This document shows, in pieces, positions 49,138 through 59,062 of a DNA stretch of 64,000 bases. The notes beneath the pieces are model-generated. The model was not told where the DNA came from and did not search any database. It saw only the letters and a list, made by a program, of their open reading frames with translations. Origin of the DNA: an uncultured Candidatus Rokubacteria bacterium (GTDB lineage Bacteria > Methylomirabilota > Methylomirabilia > Rokubacteriales > DASRDR01); the NCBI GenBank assembly GCA_963805625.1, contig CAWDVE010000016.1:512001-576000 (forward strand). Reading direction: 5' to 3'. Every line of letters starts with the position of its first letter. Within the stretch, counting starts at the first letter, position 1. The position numbers were made by a program, and so were the translations under genes.

Positions 49138-51231
49138 GTGAACCCGGCCGCCAAGGCGCCCGCCGGCCTCGACACCCTCCTCCAGTACCTCAAGGGTGTG
49201 GGGCCCCAGCGCGCCCGCCTGCTCGAGCGGCTGGGGCTCGTGACGGTCCGGGATGCGTTGAACCACTTTCCCCGGGACTACCAGGACCGCCGGGAGTTCG
49301 TGCCCTTCCACAAGCTCCCCCTCGGGGGGATGGGCGTGGTCCAGGGGACCGTCTTCGGCGTAGCCCCGCCCCGCCGCGGCTCCCGGGCGCCGGTCCAGGT
49401 GACCTTCCGCGACCAGACGGGCTACTTCACCGCGCTCTGGTTCGGGCGGGGCTTCCTCGCGCAGGTCTTCAAGCGGGACCAGCGGGTCGTCCTCTACGGC
49501 AAGAAGGCCCTCACTAAGGACCGCCGCGTCGTTCTGGAGGGCCCCGATTTCGAGATCGTGGAAGAGGACGACCTGGCGTCGATCCACATGGGCCGGGTGG
49601 TTCCGGTCTATCCGCTCACGGAGGGGTTGTTCCAGCGCCCGTTGCGGTCGCTCCTCCACCGCCTGGTCGAGGCTCATGCCGGGGAAGCCCCCGACATCCT
49701 GCCGGACGAGCTCTGCCGCCGGCGGAATCTCCTGCCGGCGGCCGCGGCGTACCGGAGCGTGCACTTTCCCGAGCAACTGGACGACGTGGAGGCGGCCCGA
49801 CGGCGCTTCGCCTTCGAGGACTTCTTCGTGCTGCAGGTTGGCCTGACCCTCCGGCGCCGGCGGCAGGCCCGCGAGCCCGGACGTTCGCTCGCGCCTCCGG
49901 GTGCGCTGGTGGCGCAGCTTCTTCGCCAGCTGCCGTTCGCCCTCACGTCTGCCCAGGAGCGCGTCTGGTCCGAGATCCGGTCGGACCTCGCGCGCCCGGT
50001 GCCCATGAACCGGCTCCTGCAAGGGGACGTGGGATCCGGCAAGACGATCGTCGCGGTGATGGCGCTCCTCACGGCCGTGGAGGCGGGATGCCAGGCAGTG
50101 CTCATGGCCCCGACCGAGATTCTCGCCGAGCAGCACGTCCGGACGCTGCGGAGCCTCGTCGAGCCGCTCGGGCTCTCGGTCGCGTGGCTCTCCGCCGGCC
50201 AGCGCGCCCGGGAGCGCCAGGCCGCACTGGAAGCCCTCCGGAGCGGCGCTGCCGCCATCGGCGTGGGGACGCACGCGCTGATCCAGGACGCGGTCGAGCT
50301 CCAGCGCCTCGGTTTGGCTGTCGTGGACGAGCAGCACCGCTTTGGCGTCATCCAGCGCGCGTCGCTTCGCGGGAAAGGGGAGCACCCGCACGTGCTCGTC
50401 ATGACGGCGACGCCGATCCCGCGAACGCTCGCGCTGACGCTCTACGGCGACCTCGACGTCTCCGTCCTCGACCAGCTGCCGCCCGGGCGGACACCCATCC
50501 GGACCGAGTCGCGCTACGAATCGGCCCGGGAGAAGATCTACGACTTCATCCGAAGCGAGCTCCGGGCCGGGCGTCAGGCGTACGTGGTTTGCCCGCTCAT
50601 CGAGGAGACGGAGGCGAGGGACCTCAAGGCGGCGACGGAGATGGCCGAGCGCCTCCAGGCGGGTCCCTTCCGGGACTTCCGGGTCGGCCTGATCCACGGC
50701 CGGCTCGCGTTCGACGCGAAGGACGCGGTGATGCGTGCGTTCAAGGCGGGGGAGATCGATGTCCTGGTCGCCACGACGGTGATCGAGGTCGGGATCGATG
50801 TGCCCAACGCCTCGGTGATGCTCGTCGAGCACGCCGAGCGGTTCGGCCTGGCGCAGCTCCACCAGCTCCGCGGCCGCGTGGGTCGCGGGGCGGCCAAGTC
50901 CTATTGCATCCTACTGGCGAGCGAGCCCATGTCCGAGGACGCCCGGCAGCGACTGGACGCCATGGTCAAGACCCAGGATGGGTTCCGCCTCGCGGAGGTC
51001 GATCTCGAGATCCGTGGGCCGGGGGAGTTCTTCGGAACGCGCCAGTCGGGTCTCCCTGAGTTCCGGACCGCCGGCCTCGTTACCCACGCCCGGCTCCTCG
51101 AGGAGGCGCGGCAGGATGCCGCCCAGCTGGTGGGGCGTGATCCCGGGCTCCGCCTCCCGGAGCACCGGGCCCTGCATGAGGCGCTCGTCGCCCGCTGGCG
51201 GGAGCGTCTCGAGCTGGCGTCGATCGGGTAG
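49138..51231 (+). CDS. recG: ATP-dependent DNA helicase RecG
   Basis: LKGVGP; RLLQGDVGSGKT; DEQHRFG; MTATPIPRTL; QLHQLRGRVGRG; start uncertain. Confidence 0.96.
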   Translation: MNPAAKAPAGLDTLLQYLKGVGPQRARLLERLGLVTVRDALNHFPRDYQDRREFVPFHKLPLGGMGVVQGTVFGVAPPRRGSRAPVQVTFRDQTGYFTALWFGRGFLAQVFKRDQRVVLYGKKALTKDRRVVLEGPDFEIVEEDDLASIHMGRVVPVYPLTEGLFQRPLRSLLHRLVEAHAGEAPDILPDELCRRRNLLPAAAAYRSVHFPEQLDDVEAARRRFAFEDFFVLQVGLTLRRRRQAREPGRSLAPPGALVAQLLRQLPFALTSAQERVWSEIRSDLARPVPMNRLLQGDVGSGKTIVAVMALLTAVEAGCQAVLMAPTEILAEQHVRTLRSLVEPLGLSVAWLSAGQRARERQAALEALRSGAAAIGVGTHALIQDAVELQRLGLAVVDEQHRFGVIQRASLRGKGEHPHVLVMTATPIPRTLALTLYGDLDVSVLDQLPPGRTPIRTESRYESAREKIYDFIRSELRAGRQAYVVCPLIEETEARDLKAATEMAERLQAGPFRDFRVGLIHGRLAFDAKDAVMRAFKAGEIDVLVATTVIEVGIDVPNASVMLVEHAERFGLAQLHQLRGRVGRGAAKSYCILLASEPMSEDARQRLDAMVKTQDGFRLAEVDLEIRGPGEFFGTRQSGLPEFRTAGLVTHARLLEEARQDAAQLVGRDPGLRLPEHRALHEALVARWRERLELASIG

Positions 51232-51239
51232 GGAGCGTC

Positions 51240-51821
51240 ATGCGTGTCATCGGCGGCCACGACCGAGGGCGGCGTCTCCGGGCGCCGCGGGGTCTCCGGA
51301 CACGCCCGACGGCCGACCGGGTGCGCGAGACCCTGTTCGACATCCTCGGGCCGGCCGTGGCGGGCGCCCGGGTCCTCGACCTCTTCGCCGGTACCGGGGC
51401 GGTGGGCATCGAAGCGCTGTCCCGCGGCGCGGCGCGCGTCGTCCTGGTGGAGCGCGACCAGTCGGCGCTGCGCGCGCTGCGCGCCAACCTGGCGGCCCTT
51501 GGTGCATCGCGCGCCGCCGCGCGCGTGATGGCTGGCGACGTCCTCCACGTGCTCCCGGAGCTCGGCGCGCAGGAAGGGCCGTTCGACTTCGTGTTCGTGG
51601 ATCCGCCGTACGCGACGGCGCTGGCTGGGCGCACGCTGGAGGCGCTGGCGCCGGCGCGGATCTGCCGTGACGGGACGGAGGTGGTGGTGCAGCACTCCAC
51701 GCGGACCGTGCTGCCGGTCGTGCCGGGTCTTGCCGCGCATCGCCGACCGCGTCAGTTCGGCGACACCGCCTTGACTTTCCTTCGAGCCGGGGAGTACACT
51801 CCCGACGGCTCGAGGCCCTGA
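51240..51821 (+). CDS. rsmD: 16S rRNA m2G966 methyltransferase
   Basis: RPTADRVRETLF; LDLFAGTG; EALSRGA; DPPY. Confidence 0.94.
   Translation: MRVIGGHDRGRRLRAPRGLRTRPTADRVRETLFDILGPAVAGARVLDLFAGTGAVGIEALSRGAARVVLVERDQSALRALRANLAALGASRAAARVMAGDVLHVLPELGAQEGPFDFVFVDPPYATALAGRTLEALAPARICRDGTEVVVQHSTRTVLPVVPGLAAHRRPRQFGDTALTFLRAGEYTPDGSRP
51771..51800 (+). promoter_or_regulatory. Internal sigma-70 promoter for coaD within the 3' end of rsmD
   Basis: TTGACT-N18-TACACT. Confidence 0.5.
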
Positions 51822-51922
51822 GTGCGTCAGTTCGTCGCCGCCGTGCGGCTCCGATCGCTCCTTCTCGACGTGAGCCGCCGCGGCCGTCAGTTCACCTAGC
51901 GCCGAGACAGCAGGAGCGATTC

Positions 51923-52408
51923 GTGGCCGTCCGCGCCGTCTACCCAGGATCGTTCGACCCGCTGACCAACGGGCACCTCGACCTCATCGAGCGGAGCCTC
52001 CGACTCTTCGACGAGCTAGTGATCGCGGTCGTGACGAATCCAGCCAAGATCGCCCTGTTCACGGACGACGAGCGCGTCCACATGATCCGGGAGGCGACGC
52101 GGCATCTGCGCGAGATCGAGATCGTCGTGTTCGACGGGCTCCTCGTCGATCTCACCGCCCGGCTCGGCGCGAGCGCGATCATTCGCGGGCTCCGGGCCGT
52201 GTCCGACTTCGAGTACGAGTTCCAGATGGCCCTGATGAACCGGAAGCTGCGCGAGGAAGTCGAGACGGTCTTCCTCATGCCTCACGAGGCGTATTCGTAC
52301 ATCTCCTCGCGCCTGATCAAGGAAGTCGCCGGCCACGGGGGCTCGGTCAAGGGCCTGGTTCCCGCCGGCGTCGAGCAGCGGCTCCGGGATAAGCTGCGCC
52401 GCGGCTGA
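51923..52408 (+). CDS. coaD: Pantetheine-phosphate adenylyltransferase
   Basis: YPGSFDPLTNGHLD; RGLRAVSDFEYE; ISSRLIKE. Confidence 0.96.
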   Translation: MAVRAVYPGSFDPLTNGHLDLIERSLRLFDELVIAVVTNPAKIALFTDDERVHMIREATRHLREIEIVVFDGLLVDLTARLGASAIIRGLRAVSDFEYEFQMALMNRKLREEVETVFLMPHEAYSYISSRLIKEVAGHGGSVKGLVPAGVEQRLRDKLRRG

Positions 52409-52448
52409 TCCTGATCCGCGAGACCCCCGAAGAGGAGTGAACGGACCT

Positions 52449-53639
52449 ATGCTGGCCGAGCGCGCCCGCCGCCTCACCCCGTCCCCGACCCTGGCCCTTT
52501 CCGCCCGGGCTCGCGCCCTGCGGGCCCAGGGGATCGACGTCCTCTCCTTCACCGCGGGAGAGCCCGATTTCGACACCCCCGAGCGCGTGAAGGACGCCGC
52601 AATCCGCGCCCTTCGCGAGGGGAAGACAAAGTACACCGACGCGGGCGGAATCCCGGAGCTCAAGTCCGCGATCTGCGCCAAGCTCAAGCGCGACAACGGG
52701 CTCGACTACGAGTCCGCCGACGTCATTGCCTCGGTCGGGGCGAAGCACACCCTCTACAACATCTGCGCGGTCCTCGTCGACCCCGGGGACGAGGTCCTCG
52801 TGCCCTCGCCGTACTGGGTGAGCTACACGGAGCAGGTGCGTCTCTGCGATGGTGTCCCCGTCGTGGTGCCGACCGACGAGCTCCGGGGCTTCCAGCTTGA
52901 TCTGACGGCGCTTCGCAGCGCGGTGACGCCACGGACCAAGCTCCTCATCCTCAACAGCCCCAACAACCCCACCGGCGCCGTCTATCCCCGGGCGGACCTC
53001 GAGCGCGTCGCCGCTCTCGCGCTGGAGCGTGGATTCTATGTCGTCTCCGACGAGTGCTACGACGCGTTGTCCTACGAGGGACGCGTGCCGAGCATCGCGG
53101 AGCTGGATCCTGAGATCAAGGCGCGGACGATCCTCGTCAACACGTGCTCGAAGGCATACGCGATGACGGGGTGGCGTCTCGGCTTCGCGGCTGGCCCTCG
53201 CGAGATCGTCAAGGCGATGGGCGATCTTCAGGGGCAGTGCACGTCGAACCCGACCTCGATTGCCCAGTGGGCGGCCGTCGAGGCGCTCGCCGGGCCGCAG
53301 GACGAGGTCGCGAAGATGGCCGGCGAGTTCGACCAGCGGCGGCGCGTGATCGTGGCCGGCCTGAACCGCATCCCCGGCTGGCGGTGCCCGATGCCGCAGG
53401 GCGCCTTCTACGCCTTCCCGGACGTCTCCGGGCTGTTTGGCCGGCGCTTCAACGGTCAGACGCTGCGCGGCTCGGCGGACGTGACGACGTTCCTGCTCGA
53501 CGCGGCGCGCGTGGCGGTCGTGCCCGGCGTGGATTTCGGTTCCGACCGGCACCTCCGAATCTCGTACGCGTGCGGCCTCGAGCAGATCCGCGAGGGCCTC
53601 GCGCGGATCGAGGCGGCCTGCGCCGGGCTCGAGGGCTGA
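52449..53639 (+). CDS. Class I PLP-dependent (aspartate-type) aminotransferase
   Basis: GEPDFDTP; LNSPNNPTG; SDECY; SKAYAMTGWRLG. Confidence 0.93.
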   Translation: MLAERARRLTPSPTLALSARARALRAQGIDVLSFTAGEPDFDTPERVKDAAIRALREGKTKYTDAGGIPELKSAICAKLKRDNGLDYESADVIASVGAKHTLYNICAVLVDPGDEVLVPSPYWVSYTEQVRLCDGVPVVVPTDELRGFQLDLTALRSAVTPRTKLLILNSPNNPTGAVYPRADLERVAALALERGFYVVSDECYDALSYEGRVPSIAELDPEIKARTILVNTCSKAYAMTGWRLGFAAGPREIVKAMGDLQGQCTSNPTSIAQWAAVEALAGPQDEVAKMAGEFDQRRRVIVAGLNRIPGWRCPMPQGAFYAFPDVSGLFGRRFNGQTLRGSADVTTFLLDAARVAVVPGVDFGSDRHLRISYACGLEQIREGLARIEAACAGLEG

Positions 53640-53812
53640 GCCGCCGGAGGCGCTCGCCGGCGTGAGCTCGGGCCCGCGCCTCTCGGCGGCGGCCTCCCGG
53701 GCGACCGACGTCGCCGAGCGGGCCATGGTCGTCGAGACGCCGGTCCCCGAGCGCGCCATTGTGGGCGTCCGCCTCGGGCGGTACCAGATCCGCTGACCCT
53801 GGGACAGACCCC

Positions 53813-54727
53813 GTGAGCAAGATCCTCCGGCTGGCGGAGGCGCTCCGGTGCCATGTGCCCGACGGCGCATCGGTGGCGCTTGGCACGGCGCTCGAGTGCC
53901 TCATCCCCTTCGCGGCGGCGCACGAGCTGATCCGTCAGCAGCGGCGAGACCTCACGCTGGTGGGGCCGATCTCGGACATCTGCTTCGAGCTGCTGATTGC
54001 CGCCGGCTGCGTGCGGAAGGTCGTCGCGGCGTGGGTCGGCAACGTCCAGCACGGGGCGGCCTACGCCTTCCGCCGCGCGCTGGAGCAGGGCGTCCCGCGC
54101 TCGCTCGAGATCGAGGACCACTCGAACTTCTCGATCGCGCTGGCCCTCGAGGCGGCCGCGCAGGGCGTGCCGTACCTGCCGACCCGGAGCCTGCTCGGTT
54201 CGGACCTCCTGGCTCGCAATCCCTGCCTGCGCGTGGCGCCGTGCCCCTTCACGGGCGTCCCGCTGGTCCTGGTACCGGCGCTGGCGCCGGATGTCGCCAT
54301 CCTCCACGTCCAGCGGGCGGATGCGGACGGGAACTGCCACGCGTGGGGACCGACAGGCGTCAGCGCGGCGGCCGGGAAGGCCAGCCGGATCGTGATCGTC
54401 GTGACGGAGGAGCTCGTCGAGCCCGCCGTGATCCGGAGTGATCCCAACCGGACTCTCGTGCCCGGGTTCCTGGTGACTTCCGTCGTCCACCTGCCCGGGG
54501 GGGCCCACCCCTCGCCCGTCCAGGGACACTACAACCGCGACCACGCGGTCTACGCCGACTGGCACGCGCGCTCGGCGACCGCGGAGGGCGCGGCGGCCTG
54601 GCTCGACGAGTGGGTACGAGACCCCGGAGATCACGCCGGCTACCTCGCGAAGGTCGGCCAGGCCCGGCTCGACCGCCTTCGGCCCCGCGCGGCCCGGCTC
54701 GCGGCGCCCGTCGACTACGGGTGCTGA
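53813..54727 (+). CDS. CoA-transferase subunit A (glutaconate/3-oxoadipate type)
   Basis: IPFAAAHELIRQ; GVPYLPTRSLLGSDL; PDVAILHVQRAD; GAHPS. Confidence 0.88.
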   Translation: MSKILRLAEALRCHVPDGASVALGTALECLIPFAAAHELIRQQRRDLTLVGPISDICFELLIAAGCVRKVVAAWVGNVQHGAAYAFRRALEQGVPRSLEIEDHSNFSIALALEAAAQGVPYLPTRSLLGSDLLARNPCLRVAPCPFTGVPLVLVPALAPDVAILHVQRADADGNCHAWGPTGVSAAAGKASRIVIVVTEELVEPAVIRSDPNRTLVPGFLVTSVVHLPGGAHPSPVQGHYNRDHAVYADWHARSATAEGAAAWLDEWVRDPGDHAGYLAKVGQARLDRLRPRAARLAAPVDYGC

Positions 54728-54743
54728 CGATGAGGGTCTCCGC

Positions 54744-55514
54744 GTGCCCCTGAACTACACGCCGGCCGAGCTCATGGTGGCTGCCGCCGCTCGCGAGATC
54801 CGGGACGGTGAGGTCGTGTTCGTAGGCATGCGGCTTCCCCTTCTCGCGTTTTGCCTGGCCCGGTCGACCCACGCGCCGTCGGCGGTGGGTCTCTTCGAGA
54901 ACGGCGTTGTCCGCGACTCGCCCGCGCTCGCGTTTCTGGTGACCATGTCGGACGGTCCCAACGTGACCGGCGCCGTCTGGTGCACCGAGATGCGCGAGGT
55001 CATGGGCCTCATGCAGTCGGGAAGGGTGACGCTCGGATTCATCGGCGGCGCCCAGGTGGACCGCTTCGGCAACCTCAACACCACGTACGTCGGCCCACGG
55101 GACAAGGCCCTCCGCTTGCCCGGATCCGGGGGTGCTCCTGACATCGCCTCGCTCGCGCGCCGCCACGTCGTGATCATGGCGCACGAGCGCCGGCGGTTCG
55201 TGGAGCGGGTCGACTACGTGACGTCGCCGGGGCACGGCGAGGGTGGTGACTGGCGGGCGCGGACCGGGCTGCCCGGCGGCGGCCCATCGGCCGTCATCAC
55301 CACGCTCGGGCTCTTCCGCTTCGACGCGGTGACACGGGAGATGGTGCTCGCCAGTGTGCACCCCGGGGTGACCGCCGAGGAGGTCCAGGTCGAGACGGGC
55401 TGGCCGCTCCGCCCCCCCCGCCCGGTGATCGAGACGCCGCCGCCGAGCGCCGACGAGCTGGCGATGATCCGGCGGTTCGACCCCGAGGGCTTCTGGACGG
55501 GCGCGCGACGCTGA
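54744..55514 (+). CDS. CoA-transferase subunit B
   Basis: LFENG; GGAQVDRFGNLNTT; LPGSGGA; VDYVTSPG. Confidence 0.88.
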   Translation: MPLNYTPAELMVAAAAREIRDGEVVFVGMRLPLLAFCLARSTHAPSAVGLFENGVVRDSPALAFLVTMSDGPNVTGAVWCTEMREVMGLMQSGRVTLGFIGGAQVDRFGNLNTTYVGPRDKALRLPGSGGAPDIASLARRHVVIMAHERRRFVERVDYVTSPGHGEGGDWRARTGLPGGGPSAVITTLGLFRFDAVTREMVLASVHPGVTAEEVQVETGWPLRPPRPVIETPPPSADELAMIRRFDPEGFWTGARR

Positions 55515-55517
55515 GCC

Positions 55518-56342
55518 GTGCGGTTCCTCGGCGTCGACCTCGCCTGGAAGGAGCACAACCCCTCGGGTGTGGTCGTGCTCGAGGGGCCCCGGTTCCCGCT
55601 GCGCCTGGTCGAGGGGCCCCGGACGCTGCCCACCCACACTGCGGTGCTCGACTGGCTCGCCGGATGGCTGGATCGACCCGGGCCCCGGCTGGCCACGGCC
55701 GTCGGCATCGACGCGCCACTCCTCGGCCTCGCCGGTGCCCGCGGGCGGCGGGAGTGCGACGACGAGGTCTCCCGGCTCTTTGGCCGGTTCGCCGCGTCCG
55801 TCCACAGCCTGTCGGCGTTCCGGGGGATGCTGCAGTGCTTCGCCGCCCAGCTCCAGGCGCGCTGCGCGCGGGCGGATCTTTGCCCCGACGGTCGCGCCGC
55901 GCCCGGTCGGCCGGTCATCCGAGAGGTGTATCCCAATGCGCTCCAGGTGCGCCTCTTCGACCTCGACCGGCCGCCGGTGCGGAAGAAGTACGTCTACAAG
56001 CAGCGGAAGTTCCGCTCCAAGCGCGAATGGGTCGAGGGCGGGCTCGGGCCGTTCGTGGAGAAGTGCGTCACGGTGGTCGAGGCGCGCGGGTACGTCGCGC
56101 GCGACCGGGCCTGGCAGGCGCTCGTCCGGGACAAGCCGAGCGCCGGTGATCGCGGGCGCGCGCTCAAGGCGCTCGAGGACCGCTGGGACGCGCTCCTCTG
56201 CGCGCTCGCCGTCGCGCTCGAGCATCTCGAGCGCGGCGGCATGCACGCCTACACGGGGCCGGAGCCCGGGTCCTGGCGACAGGGATACATCCTGGCGCCG
56301 ACCCTACGGCTCCCGAGGGATCCACGAATCGTGGTGAGCTGA
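55518..56342 (+). CDS. DUF429 family protein (predicted RNase H-like nuclease)
   Basis: FLGVDLAW; VGIDAPL; EVYP; EDRWDALLCA. Confidence 0.85.
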   Translation: MRFLGVDLAWKEHNPSGVVVLEGPRFPLRLVEGPRTLPTHTAVLDWLAGWLDRPGPRLATAVGIDAPLLGLAGARGRRECDDEVSRLFGRFAASVHSLSAFRGMLQCFAAQLQARCARADLCPDGRAAPGRPVIREVYPNALQVRLFDLDRPPVRKKYVYKQRKFRSKREWVEGGLGPFVEKCVTVVEARGYVARDRAWQALVRDKPSAGDRGRALKALEDRWDALLCALAVALEHLERGGMHAYTGPEPGSWRQGYILAPTLRLPRDPRIVVS

Positions 56343-56394
56343 GGGCCACGCCTCCACCTTTCGGTGGAGCCGCGCCCGGGGTCGGAGGGACCGG

Positions 56395-57071
56395 ATGGTT
56401 CGCAATGCAGACGTCGTCGTGATCGGGTCGGGCGGCTTCGGCGCCACCACCGCCTACTTCCTGATGCGCCGAGGTGGCCGGCGGGTCGTCCTGCTGGACC
56501 GGCACGCCCTCGCCTCGCAGACCTCCCCGCGCGCCGCCGGTAACGCCGCCGTGCTGCGTTCGACCGACCTGATGAGCCGGCTGGCGGGCCGCGCCGTGGA
56601 ATGGCTCCTCCGGCTCACCGCCGATACAGACGAGCCCCTTGAGATCGTCCGGTCGGGGAGTCTGAAGGCGGCGCGGACGGCCGAGGACGCGGAGACGCTC
56701 GCGCGCGAGGCTCGCCGGGGCGAGAAGCTGGGGCTCGAGACCCGGCTCGTCTCGCCGGAAGCGGCGCATCGCATGCACCCCTTCTTCCAGCCCAGCGGGG
56801 TACGGTCGGTCCTCCATACCCCGGGCGACGTCTACTTCGAGCCTTCCCACGTCGCGAGTGGCTACGCGGCCGCCGCCGGCAAGCTGGGCGCGACGCTGCT
56901 TCCGAGCACGACGGTCACCGGGGTCCATGTCCAGGACGGCGCGGTGCGCGGCGTCGAAACGGATCGGGGACGAATCGAAAGCCCGGTCGTGGTCGACGCG
57001 GCCGGGGCCTGGGCCCGTCAGGTCGCCGCCAGCGCCGGGGTCCACGTGCCGATGGTCCCCACACGCCACCA
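56395..57071 (+). pseudogene. Truncated FAD-dependent oxidoreductase (sarcosine/glycine oxidase-like)
   Basis: VIGSGGFG; VVDAAGAWA; similarity ends after VPMVPTRHQ and the C-terminal half is missing. Confidence 0.75.
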
Positions 57072-57122
57072 GGGAGTACTGGCACTTCTACTCGTACGAC
57101 GCCCCGAGCGGCTGAGGTTTCC

Positions 57123-57956
57123 ATGCGCACACAGGCGGAGAGAGCGGCCGCGTTCCGCGCCCTGCACCAGCGGTCGGGCGCCTTCATCATCCCGAATCCG
57201 TGGGACGCCGGCACGGCCCGGCTCCTCGCGTCCCTCGGCTTCGAGGCCCTCGCCACGACGAGCCTGGGGCTGGCGAACAGCCTTGGGCGTCCCGACGGAG
57301 CCGGCGCCGTGAGCCGGGGCGAGGTCCTCGAGAACTGCCGGGCGATCGCCGGCGCGATCGACCTCCCCGTCAACGCCGACCTGGAGAACGGGTACGCGCA
57401 CGAGCCGCGCGCCGCCGCCGAGATGATCCGGCTGGCGGCGGAGGCGGGGGTCGTAGGCGGCTCGATCGAGGACACCACCGGGGAGCCGGCGACGCCGATC
57501 TACGAGTTCTCCTTGGCGGTCGAGCGCGTGCACGCCGCGGCCGAGGTGGCGCGGTCCCTGCCGGTGCCGTTCATGCTGACCGCGCGGGCGGAGAACCTCC
57601 TGCACGGCCGCCTCGACCTCGACGACACGATCCGGCGCCTCCAGGCGTTCGAGAAGGCCGGAGCAGAGGTGCTTTACGCGCCGGGCCTCCGGGACCTCGA
57701 CACCATCCGCACCGTCGTCTCCGCGGTGACGCGTCCCGTCAACGTCGTGGCGAGCTTCATGGATCCGTCGATCACGCTGGCGCAACTCGCCGAGGTGGGG
57801 GTCAAGCGCATCAGCGTCGGCGGCTCGCTGTCGCGGCTCGCCCTCGCGGCGTTCCTCGAGGGCGCGCGCGAGATGAAGGACACGGGCGGGTTCACCTGGC
57901 TGCGCAACATGATCCCGATCAGCGAGCTACGGGCGATCTTCACCGCGAAGGGATAG
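57123..57956 (+). CDS. Isocitrate lyase/PEP mutase family protein
   Basis: PNPWDAGTA; ALATTS; PVNADLENGY; GGSIED; RISVGG. Confidence 0.92.
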   Translation: MRTQAERAAAFRALHQRSGAFIIPNPWDAGTARLLASLGFEALATTSLGLANSLGRPDGAGAVSRGEVLENCRAIAGAIDLPVNADLENGYAHEPRAAAEMIRLAAEAGVVGGSIEDTTGEPATPIYEFSLAVERVHAAAEVARSLPVPFMLTARAENLLHGRLDLDDTIRRLQAFEKAGAEVLYAPGLRDLDTIRTVVSAVTRPVNVVASFMDPSITLAQLAEVGVKRISVGGSLSRLALAAFLEGAREMKDTGGFTWLRNMIPISELRAIFTAKG

Positions 57957-57969
57957 GGGGGATGAGCCG

Positions 57970-58334
57970 ATGAGCGCGAATCGCGCCGTCGTGGTCGCCC
58001 CGGAGGTGCCGGGCCGCACCCTCGGGACGGCGCTGGCTGCGCTCGTGCCTGGGGGGCTGCGTCTCCCTCGGCGTCTCGGCCTCCGCCGAGGTCACCTTCG
58101 ACGCGCGGCAGTTGTTCCTCGCCGGGCGCGCGACGCTCGACGGCTTCTACATCTTCGCGGAGCTCGGGAGCGAGCCCTCGTCCGTGGGCTTGTGGCGCCT
58201 GGCCGACCTCGTGGCGACGGGGCGGCTCGTGGCGCACATCACCGTGGAGCGGCCCCTGGACCGAGATCGCCCAGGTGGCCCAGGACCTGATCGCGCGGCG
58301 CTTCCCGGGCAAGGCCGTCCTGACGCTCGACTGA
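57970..58334 (+). pseudogene. Internally deleted MDR-family dehydrogenase/quinone oxidoreductase remnant
   Basis: N-terminus MSANRAVVV joined to GRTLGTALA...; C-terminus DLIARRFPGKAVLTLD* in another frame; only about 365 nt remain. Confidence 0.65.
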
Positions 58335-58346
58335 TCCGGAAGACCG

Positions 58347-58375
58347 TTGACCCCCGAGGGCGGTCGGCATAGCAT
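58347..58375 (+). promoter_or_regulatory. Sigma-70 promoter upstream of the CBS gene
   Basis: TTGACC-N17-TAGCAT. Confidence 0.65.
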
Positions 58376-58381
58376 CGGAGG

Positions 58382-58492
58382 GAAGACAGTCCGGCCGAGG
58401 GGGACCGAGAATGCCCCTGACGCGGTTACCCGGACAGCTGCCTGGCGCCCCCACGGGTCATGGTGATGACCGTCGGGGGTGTTCGTGTCTTC
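58382..58492 (+). ncRNA. Candidate structured 5' leader RNA (three-way junction)
   Basis: P1 GAAGACA/TGTCTTC encloses two hairpins and starts at the predicted transcription start; no family recognised. Confidence 0.4.
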
Positions 58493-58523
58493 GGGGGACC
58501 TCGGGCCGGCACGAGGTGCGGGG

Positions 58524-58958
58524 ATGAAGAAGCTGCGGGAGATCATGCGTCCGGGGTTCGTCTTCGCGGTGCCGCGCCACGCGACCGTCGCCGAGGCCAC
58601 GCGGCTGATGGTCGCCGAGAACGTCGGGATCGTGTCCGTCGTCGACGGGGACCGGCTGGTCGGGGTCTTCTCCGAGCGGGACGTGACACGGCGCGTGGTC
58701 GCGACGGGCCTGGACCCCGGCAGCGTGCGGGTCGATGACGTGATGACGTCGGACCTGATCGTCGCCGACGCGGAAGAGGACTACCAGTCGGCCATGCTCA
58801 AGATGGATCAGGCGAACATCCGACATCTGCCCGTTGTGAGCGACGGCCGGCTCCTCTCCATGCTCTCGATCCGGGACCTCATGCGGGTTCACATCGACCA
58901 CCAGGGAGAGGAGCTCCGCTACCTCCACGAATACCTCTACCAGGTGCCTTCCGCGTAG
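58524..58958 (+). CDS. CBS domain pair protein
   Basis: LVGVFSERD; VDDVMT; IRHLPVV; LSIRDL. Confidence 0.92.
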   Translation: MKKLREIMRPGFVFAVPRHATVAEATRLMVAENVGIVSVVDGDRLVGVFSERDVTRRVVATGLDPGSVRVDDVMTSDLIVADAEEDYQSAMLKMDQANIRHLPVVSDGRLLSMLSIRDLMRVHIDHQGEELRYLHEYLYQVPSA

Positions 58959-59062
58959 CCGACCGCCTCGCTCCGGCGGCCTGGCACTGAGGTCGCCTCT
59001 GACCGGACCCGCCATGGCATACTCGGGCCATTCCCGACGCCATTCCCGACGGAGGTGTGACC

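Noticed and set aside
51750-51899. Three CGTCAGTTC copies and a 25-codon ORF between rsmD and coaD
   Set aside because: Short, irregularly spaced repeats and no RBS; cannot be distinguished from chance.
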